A stretch of DNA of 64,000 nt from Myxococcota bacterium (GTDB lineage Bacteria > Myxococcota_A > UBA796 > CAJQPC01): contig DASCPX010000027.1 in the NCBI GenBank assembly GCA_036012755.1, forward strand, positions 256,001 through 320,000, read 5' to 3'. The notes under the pieces are model-generated. The model was not told where the DNA came from. It ran no database searches and saw nothing but the letters and a program-made list of their open reading frames with translations. The position numbers and the translations under genes are program-made. This document shows positions 58,190 to 64,000 of this stretch, one piece after another. Within the stretch, counting starts at the first letter, position 1. The number at the start of each line of letters is the position of its first letter.

Positions 58190-59007
58190 GGGTGGATCGC
58201 CGCGAGCACGACCTCGACGGGGATGTCGAGGCATGGCACGCCGCCTGCTGTGCAGGACTTCTCGTAGCAGGGTCGGCAGGGGAGCTCGGGCCCCTCGATG
58301 GGGACGGAGCCGACCGCTCCGGTCCGCTCGGGCGAGGTGCTCCCATGGATGACCAGGGTGCGCACACCCACCGCCCGGGCGAAGTGCGACAGCCCCGAGT
58401 CGTTGACCACGACGACCCGCGCGCGCTCCAGGGCCGCAGCCAGCTCTCCCAGGCCCAGACAGACGCCACCGGCAAAGGCCTCTTTGGGACCGACGTAGAC
58501 GACGGCCTCGGGCACGGCGGCGGCGAGCTCGGCGAAACCCGGCCACTGCACGACTGCTCCGGAGGGGCTGCAGGGGATCAGGGCGACGTGTCCCTCGGGC
58601 GCCACGCAAGCCGCCCTCTCCTCGGCGGTCGGCGCGAAGCGTGGATGCGCCTCCACCACTCCGCCGAGGACCTCGACCAGGCGTCGGTACTCGAGGCTCC
58701 GGTGCAAGCCGTCCATCTCGACGACATCGGTGAGCAGCGGGCCCCGCATGTCCCAGCGCACACCCACGCGTCGAGGGACGCGCCTGGCCTCCCAGGCCGC
58801 CCTGAAGGAGGGAGCCAGGAGCAGGGCGACGTCCGCATCCGGCACGGTGCCACGCTCGACGACCTCGACGTCCAGGGCGCGGTAGAGCTCCGCGCCCCAC
58901 GGGGGTGCCGCGACGACGACCTCGCCCAGGGCGGTGGCTGCCTCGATCGCAGGCATCGCCATCACCCCATCCCCGAGGTGGTTCGGAGCTCGAATGTAGA
59001 GCCGCAT
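58186..59007 (-). CDS. GT9 heptosyltransferase (WaaF-like)
   Basis: IRAPNHLGDGVMA.P, SFRAA, NDSGLSHFA.A.G...L.IHGST, C.PC. Confidence 0.88.
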   Translation of the reverse strand: MRLYIRAPNHLGDGVMAMPAIEAATALGEVVVAAPPWGAELYRALDVEVVERGTVPDADVALLLAPSFRAAWEARRVPRRVGVRWDMRGPLLTDVVEMDGLHRSLEYRRLVEVLGGVVEAHPRFAPTAEERAACVAPEGHVALIPCSPSGAVVQWPGFAELAAAVPEAVVYVGPKEAFAGGVCLGLGELAAALERARVVVVNDSGLSHFARAVGVRTLVIHGSTSPERTGAVGSVPIEGPELPCRPCYEKSCTAGGVPCLDIPVEVVLAAIHP

Positions 59008-59010
59008 CGC

Positions 59011-60360
59011 CTACAGGACGACGTCGTCCATGCGGGGACCGCGCGCTCCGAGACCCTCCGGCGGCACGATCCGGAAGCACCTCGGACGGAGCACCTCGGC
59101 CAGGCCCGCCCGAGCGACCAGCGCGGTGGCGATCGATGCGGCGGAGAGCGTGACGGCGACGATGCCCAGGGGGATCGACGAGAACCAACCCGTCAGCGCG
59201 GCAGCGACCAGCGTCAACGGAACAAGGACGCAGACGATCTTGCGCGCGTGAAGGGCTCGGCGCACCCGGGCCGCCAGCCGCTTGCCGTCGACGTCGGTGA
59301 CCGTCCGCTCGGCGGCGGCGAGCTCCGCCGGCGCACGCTGATCCCCGCGGTGGGCCCACACCAGTGCCCGCAAGAGTCGGGCGGGGCCGAGGTCCTTCGA
59401 CAACTTCAGGGTCTGCTCGAGCACCTCGAGCCCGTCGTCGAGCGACCCACCTCGCACCAGCGACAGCGCGAGGTGGTAGCGCAGGACCCGGTCGTCTGGG
59501 AAGTTGTGGACGCCAATGCGCGCCGAGGTCTCGGCGCTGTCCGGACGACCGAGCATGTCCGCGACCACGCAGGCCGCGACCAGCGCCTGGCGCCGGAATG
59601 CGCACTCGGAAATGGCCGCCTCGAAGCGACTGAGCGCCGCCGCGGCGTCGCCCTCCGAGAGCAGCCTGAGGCCGCTGGCGTAGGGGTCGTCGAGACGCTC
59701 GGGCTCGCTGAAGAGAATCTCGTCCGCAGCACGATCGGCCTCGACGGCGCCAGCTGCGTGCTCGCCCATGCAGGTCAGGACGAGGCCGCAGTCCGCCGTG
59801 TGGTGGAAGGCCACGAGGGTCTCCACGTCCTGCCCATGCGTGGCCTGGACGACGCGCAGCAGGTCGAAGAAGGCCTCGCGCCCGGCGCAGGCAGCGAAGC
59901 TCTCGAATCGGTAGAGGTAGAGGAGGTAGCCGACGTCCTCGCCCTTCCGGGCGAAGTAGGTCTGGCCATCCGGCCGGTCCTCCATCCAGCGGACCTCGAG
60001 TTCCACGGGCTCCTGCTCGCCGTAGAACCTCCGCAAGAACGCCGCGACCTCTCCGGCGAACTGGCCTGCGAGCCCACCCGGCGCGTCCTTGCGCTGGATG
60101 CCGGACCACCCGTAGCGATGGAAGTAGCTCTTGCGAAGCTGCTCGATGCGACGCTGGCAGTGCGCGATCTCCGCGGTGACCACATCGTTGTCGCCATAGC
60201 GACTCGGCGCGCTCGCTATTCGCCGCTGGTAGAGGCGAACGCTGGCCTCGAAGCTGTAGCGCCGGATGATCCCGTCACGTCCGACGATCTCCACCGGGAA
60301 GTCCACGAGCTGCGTGTAGTCCTTCCGGCTGTAGCGCTTGAGCTTCTTCCCTTTGTCCAT
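59011..60360 (-). CDS. Hypothetical protein: unknown N-terminal domain, TPR-like repeats, two C-terminal TMs
   Basis: Long ORF with typical codon usage; helical TPR-like region (LRYHLAL.L...G...DG); hydrophobic C-terminal pair. Confidence 0.7.
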   Translation of the reverse strand: MDKGKKLKRYSRKDYTQLVDFPVEIVGRDGIIRRYSFEASVRLYQRRIASAPSRYGDNDVVTAEIAHCQRRIEQLRKSYFHRYGWSGIQRKDAPGGLAGQFAGEVAAFLRRFYGEQEPVELEVRWMEDRPDGQTYFARKGEDVGYLLYLYRFESFAACAGREAFFDLLRVVQATHGQDVETLVAFHHTADCGLVLTCMGEHAAGAVEADRAADEILFSEPERLDDPYASGLRLLSEGDAAAALSRFEAAISECAFRRQALVAACVVADMLGRPDSAETSARIGVHNFPDDRVLRYHLALSLVRGGSLDDGLEVLEQTLKLSKDLGPARLLRALVWAHRGDQRAPAELAAAERTVTDVDGKRLAARVRRALHARKIVCVLVPLTLVAAALTGWFSSIPLGIVAVTLSAASIATALVARAGLAEVLRPRCFRIVPPEGLGARGPRMDDVVL

Positions 60361-60421
60361 ATACGGCAGTGGTCGATCCTGAGTTCACAGCGTACCATCA
60401 CAGTGAACCGACTCGCCGACG

Positions 60422-60447
60422 TGAAATAAAGGCTCGCCCCGCTCGTA
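60422..60447 (+). promoter_or_regulatory. ECF (SigW-like) promoter, probably autoregulatory
   Basis: TGAAAT-N16-CGTA upstream of the ECF gene; B. subtilis SigW consensus is TGAAAC-N16-CGTA. Confidence 0.55.
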
Positions 60448-60483
60448 GAGCCAAACGAAGACCGCCCAAAGGAGGCACCCGAA

Positions 60484-61053
60484 CTGGCCCTGCGACTCGT
60501 CACCGGAGCTATCGACGAAAGAGAACAGATCCTGGCGGCCCGAGAGGGCGACCGGGGCGCATGCGACTGGCTCATCCGCCAGTACACGCCGGCGGTGTTC
60601 CGCTTCGCGTATCGCATGCTTCGAAACGAGCAGGACGCGCGCGACGTCGCGCAGGACACGCTCATCAAGGTCATGAAGAACCTCCACCGCTACGACGTGA
60701 ACCGCAAGTTCTCGACCTGGGTATTCGGCATCGCCCGGAACACGGCGATCGACGAGCAGCGCAAGCGCAAGCGCAGAGCACCCGCGCCCAAGAAGGAACC
60801 GGCCTGGCAGGGACCCTCCCCGTTGGAGGAGACCTCTCGCGGTGAGCGCGCTCGGCGGCTCCACGAGGCCCTGGGCCACCTCCCCCCGAAGTACCGTGAG
60901 ATCCTCGTCCTGTACCACTTCGAACACTTGAAGTACCAGGAGATCGCGGACACCCTCCAGATCCCCATCGGCACCGTCATGAACCGCATCTTCCGCGCTC
61001 GTCGCCGGCTGCGGGACCTCTATGATGCGGTCGAGGCCTCCCCCATCGCATGA
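60484..61053 (+). CDS. ECF RNA polymerase sigma factor; probable CTG start
   Basis: AAAGGAGG-N8-CTG; ...QILAAREGDRGACDWLIRQYTPAVFRFAYRM...DA.DVAQD, FSTWVFGIARN, LPPKYREILVL, Y.EIA..L.IPIGTV.NRI.RAR. Confidence 0.9.
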   Translation: MALRLVTGAIDEREQILAAREGDRGACDWLIRQYTPAVFRFAYRMLRNEQDARDVAQDTLIKVMKNLHRYDVNRKFSTWVFGIARNTAIDEQRKRKRRAPAPKKEPAWQGPSPLEETSRGERARRLHEALGHLPPKYREILVLYHFEHLKYQEIADTLQIPIGTVMNRIFRARRRLRDLYDAVEASPIA

Positions 61054-61622
61054 TCCAGCATCCCTCCGACGCACACCTCGGCAGCTTCGTCCGGGGAGAC
61101 CTCGGCGAAGCTGACGCCGTCGCGGTCGCGCTGCACCTCGACGACTGTCCGCGCTGCGCGACGCGAGCGGCGGGCTTCGACCCCCTCGCGAGCGCCTTCG
61201 CCAGCTGCGATGACCCGCTGGTGCCAGATGACCTCGTCGCCGCGGTCCTCGCGGCAGCCGCCGACATCCCGATTGGGGTCGCCCCGAGTGGGGTCGCCCC
61301 GAGTGGGGTCGCGCCGGAGCCGGAGAGAGCTCGCATCCCGCTGGGTGAGCTGCTCGCCGCCGCGGGGCTGCTGAGCGCCGCCGCGATGCTCTTCCTCATG
61401 CTCGGCGAGCCCACAGCACTGGCCGCGGACGCTGCGCTGGCCGCGTCCGCCGGGATCACCGCCGCCAACCTCGTGGCGACCGAGCTGTCCACCAGCACGT
61501 GGGTGGTGATGCCGATGGCTGCCCTCGCCTTCCTCTTGTGCCTGGCCGTCGCGTCCGGATTCGGACGCCGTCCCCTGCCCTTCGCGCGGGGGTCCTCCGC
61601 GCAGGGGCCAGACGACCCTTGA
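61050..61622 (+). CDS. Zinc-finger (HxxxCxxC) transmembrane anti-sigma factor
   Basis: HLDDCPRC; ATGA overlap with the sigma gene; C-terminal TMs. Confidence 0.85.
   Translation: MIQHPSDAHLGSFVRGDLGEADAVAVALHLDDCPRCATRAAGFDPLASAFASCDDPLVPDDLVAAVLAAAADIPIGVAPSGVAPSGVAPEPERARIPLGELLAAAGLLSAAAMLFLMLGEPTALAADAALAASAGITAANLVATELSTSTWVVMPMAALAFLLCLAVASGFGRRPLPFARGSSAQGPDDP
61274..61318 (+). repeat. 15-bp tandem repeat (2 exact copies, 1 degenerate) encoding GVAPS
   Basis: TGGGGTCGCCCCGAG x2 then TGGGGTCGCGCCGGA. Confidence 0.85.
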
Positions 61623-61623
61623 G

Positions 61624-62589
61624 ATGCTGAGTCCCGCGCTGATCGCACCGGCGCTCGTAGCCCTCAGTGTCGCTCAGGAGCCAGACCTCGAGAGCGTCCA
61701 GCTCGAGCAGACACAGCGGGACCTCGCTGCTGCCATCGAGCGTCTGGACGTCGCCGAGCAGCGCATCCGCGTCCTCGAGACCGAGATCGCCCTGTCCGAA
61801 GTGCAGGGGGAGGTGGCCGACGAGGCGCTCGGCGAGCCGATCATCGTGCATGCAGGCCAGCTCGTCCCGGAGGCCGTGGCGTTCGCCGCACCGGTGCACG
61901 TACACGGCCGGGTGGACGGAGAAGCGGTGAGCTTCGGCGATGACGTCCGCGTGTTCAATGGCGGGCAGGTCTACGGCGACGCGGTCAGCTTCGGCGGGCA
62001 GGTGGTCGTCGACCCGGGCGGCTCCGTTGCTGGCGACCGCATCTCCTACTCGGACCCGACCACGACCGTCACGCGCACGCGGGCATCGACCGGGAGCATC
62101 ATGCAGGCCCAGACCGCTCAGGGCTGGGCGCGCACGCTGGCCCGCAAGCTGGTCCTGATCCTCACCTTCGCGGGCGCGGGGGTGCTCGTCGTCGGGCTCT
62201 TCCCGAAGCACGTGGAGAACGTCGCAGCCACCATCGCCGCTCGGCCGATGCGGATGGGCCTCCTCGGGGCCGGGCTGACCACGGGCCTCGGCTTCCTGGC
62301 GCTCTTGCTCCTGTTGACCGTGCTCCTGAGCCCGCTGGCGCTCGCTATCGGTGTGGCCCTAGGCGTCGCGTGGTTGCTCGGCTTCGTGGGCCTCTGCCAG
62401 GCCGCGGGTGACCGGCTGCCGATCGCCAGCGAGGGCCTGCGCCGCTGGCTCGCTTTCCTCGTCGGCGTCGTAGTGCTCGCCTTCGTGAGCACCCTGCCCC
62501 TGGTGGGACAGCTCTTCCTCGTGCTCATCGGCTTCATCTGCGTCGGGGCGGCTCTCCACACCCGCTTCGGGGTCAGAGAACTCGACTGA
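61624..62589 (+). CDS. Membrane protein with coiled coil and bactofilin-like beta-helix
   Basis: Signal-like N-terminus; repeats V.G.V.G.AVSFG; several C-terminal TMs; third gene of the ECF operon. Confidence 0.75.
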   Translation: MLSPALIAPALVALSVAQEPDLESVQLEQTQRDLAAAIERLDVAEQRIRVLETEIALSEVQGEVADEALGEPIIVHAGQLVPEAVAFAAPVHVHGRVDGEAVSFGDDVRVFNGGQVYGDAVSFGGQVVVDPGGSVAGDRISYSDPTTTVTRTRASTGSIMQAQTAQGWARTLARKLVLILTFAGAGVLVVGLFPKHVENVAATIAARPMRMGLLGAGLTTGLGFLALLLLLTVLLSPLALAIGVALGVAWLLGFVGLCQAAGDRLPIASEGLRRWLAFLVGVVVLAFVSTLPLVGQLFLVLIGFICVGAALHTRFGVRELD

Positions 62590-63109
62590 TCGCCAGCGCG
62601 ACGCCGACCGCGGACAACGCGAGGAAGGTAGAGCGCTCGCTACCGAGGGCCCGCACGAGGTCGAAGGTGCCCGCGCCGCCGGGGCCGAGAGGAAGCCAGC
62701 GGGGCACGCGTTCGAGGTAGGCGCGGTACTCGGGACCGAGCTCCGGAGCGAGGTTTGCCTCCTCCCACCGGACGACGAGGCCGTAGTGCACCACCATGAG
62801 GACGAGCCAGGCCAGCGCCCAGTACCAGCCCGCCACGAGGCCGACGCCGCTCCAGATGATGATGTTGCCGGCATAGAGCGGGTTCCGCAGCCTCCCGTAG
62901 GGTCCGACCGTCACGAGCTGGCCGACCTCGGACGTGCGAGTGCGGGAGGCAGGACCGATGTACCCGACAGCCCAGAGGCGAATGGCCTCGCCGAGCACGA
63001 TGGCACCGACACCAAGGACCCAGTGGCCCTCTCCTCCCAGCACCAGCTGCGCCAGGAGCAGCGGGAGCGGCACCAGACCGCGGGCTCGGAAGAGCCGCTG
63101 TCCGACTAT
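62573..63109 (-). CDS. Isoprenylcysteine carboxyl methyltransferase (ICMT/PEMT) family membrane protein; possible ATA start at 63109, otherwise GTG 63073
   Basis: GEAIRLWA.G, LVT.GPY..LRNPLY.GN, EE..L...G.EY..Y...VPRW. Confidence 0.85.
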   Translation of the reverse strand: MVGQRLFRARGLVPLPLLLAQLVLGGEGHWVLGVGAIVLGEAIRLWAVGYIGPASRTRTSEVGQLVTVGPYGRLRNPLYAGNIIIWSGVGLVAGWYWALAWLVLMVVHYGLVVRWEEANLAPELGPEYRAYLERVPRWLPLGPGGAGTFDLVRALGSERSTFLALSAVGVALAISRVL

Positions 63110-63999
63110 CTGCCCGCCTGCATCAATGTCTTCATCGCGTCGGCGAGTCCCATCGCATCGCTCACGACGACCTCTCCCACGGACTCGCCCAGGGCGACGT
63201 CGGCATCGAAGGCGGCCGCGAAGTCGCTCTCGGCCTTGTCCGCATCACCCACGGACTGCTCGGCGACGGCGCGAACGAGCAGGAGCCGCGCACGCCGCTC
63301 GGGAGACACGTCCAGCGCCAGGGCTCGATCCGACAGCGAGGCGGCGTCTGCCCAGTCCTGCCTGCGGAGGGCGAGCTCCGCGAGCCTGAGGAGCGCCTCG
63401 TCCTGCCCCGGATCGAAGGCCAGCGTCTTCTGGAAGTGCTGGGCGGCCTTGTCGGCCATGCCCATCTTCGCGTCGAGCACGTAGCCCTTCGTCAGGTAGC
63501 TGCGGATGACGTCGCCAGGCTCCTTCGCGTGGAAGATCACGTTGTTGTAGACATTGAGGAGGTTGCTCCACTCGCCGCGGTCGTAGAGCACCGAAGCGAC
63601 GCCCAGGAGCGCGCGGACGTCGTTGGGACGCATCTCCAGTGCCTTGTTGAAGCGCTTGCGAGCCTTGTCCGTCTTGCCGAGCGCTCGCTCGACCTCGCCG
63701 AGCGCCGTGTATGCGTCGCAGAGCTCGTCCTTGTCCGCCGAACCACCGATGAGCTGGAGCACCTGGCGCCATACCGTCTGGGCCCTGGGCCAGTCCTCCT
63801 CGGCCATCCGAATCGGACCCATCGCGCGCAGCGAGGGCAGGTGCGAAGGGTTGAGGTCCAAGGCCTTGCCGAGCTTGTCCGTGGCGTCGTCGTCGCGTCC
63901 CAGCTGCGACAGCGTCGTGCCGTACTGGAAGTAGAACTGCGCGATCTCGACCTTCTCGTCGAAGTCGTCGAGGTCCCAGTGGTCAGCGCCGGCCTCGAT
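63106..63999 (-). CDS. C-terminus of a TPR-repeat protein (start beyond the window)
   Basis: Frame open to the window edge; TPRs (KALDLNP.H, KALEMRPND, KTLAFDP). Confidence 0.85.
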   Translation of the reverse strand: MEAGADHWDLDDFDEKVEIAQFYFQYGTTLSQLGRDDDATDKLGKALDLNPSHLPSLRAMGPIRMAEEDWPRAQTVWRQVLQLIGGSADKDELCDAYTALGEVERALGKTDKARKRFNKALEMRPNDVRALLGVASVLYDRGEWSNLLNVYNNVIFHAKEPGDVIRSYLTKGYVLDAKMGMADKAAQHFQKTLAFDPGQDEALLRLAELALRRQDWADAASLSDRALALDVSPERRARLLLVRAVAEQSVGDADKAESDFAAAFDADVALGESVGEVVVSDAMGLADAMKTLMQAGR

Positions 64000-64000
64000 G

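Noticed and set aside
58190..60109. N-terminal 640 aa of the tracked 910-aa ORF 57377-60109
   Set aside because: Arg/Gly/Pro-rich off-frame translation over two real genes; the GT9 begins at GTG 58189

Overview
High-GC (about 70% by eye) bacterial chromosome segment, densely coding and mostly on the minus strand. Gene content (vWA and Cys-rich lipoproteins, Ser/Thr kinase, many TPR proteins, PilT paralog, LPS GT9s) suggests a Myxococcota/deltaproteobacterial-type organism (inference). Housekeeping core: infC-rpmI-rplT, tRNA-Val(GAC), lipB, dnaE, mazG, grpE, trmL, manC-gmd-rmd, ffh, rpsO-pnp-dut, prfB (programmed +1 frameshift), phoH-HD-ybeY, ald, EF-G paralog, coaX, rel/spoT, gmk, yicC, a glycosyltransferase cluster and an ECF sigma/anti-sigma operon. 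No CRISPR array, rRNA, transposase, integrase or prophage was seen. Most notable: (1) an 11.5-kb operon coupling an ATPase-degenerate membrane sensor kinase, a sensor-less kinase core, a REC-HK hybrid, a FecR protein with no sigma factor and two large Ig-like envelope proteins; (2) repeated ultra-short signal peptides with no basic n-region; (3) four genes that appear to start at CTG or ATA, three of them overlapping the upstream stop (CTGA, ATAG); (4) pseudo-enzymes (a PilT lacking Walker A, a degenerate cyclase domain on a kinase upstream of dnaE); (5) an orphan TaqI-like DNA methyltransferase inside the glycosyltransferase operon. All product calls come from motif recognition by eye; no database searches were run.
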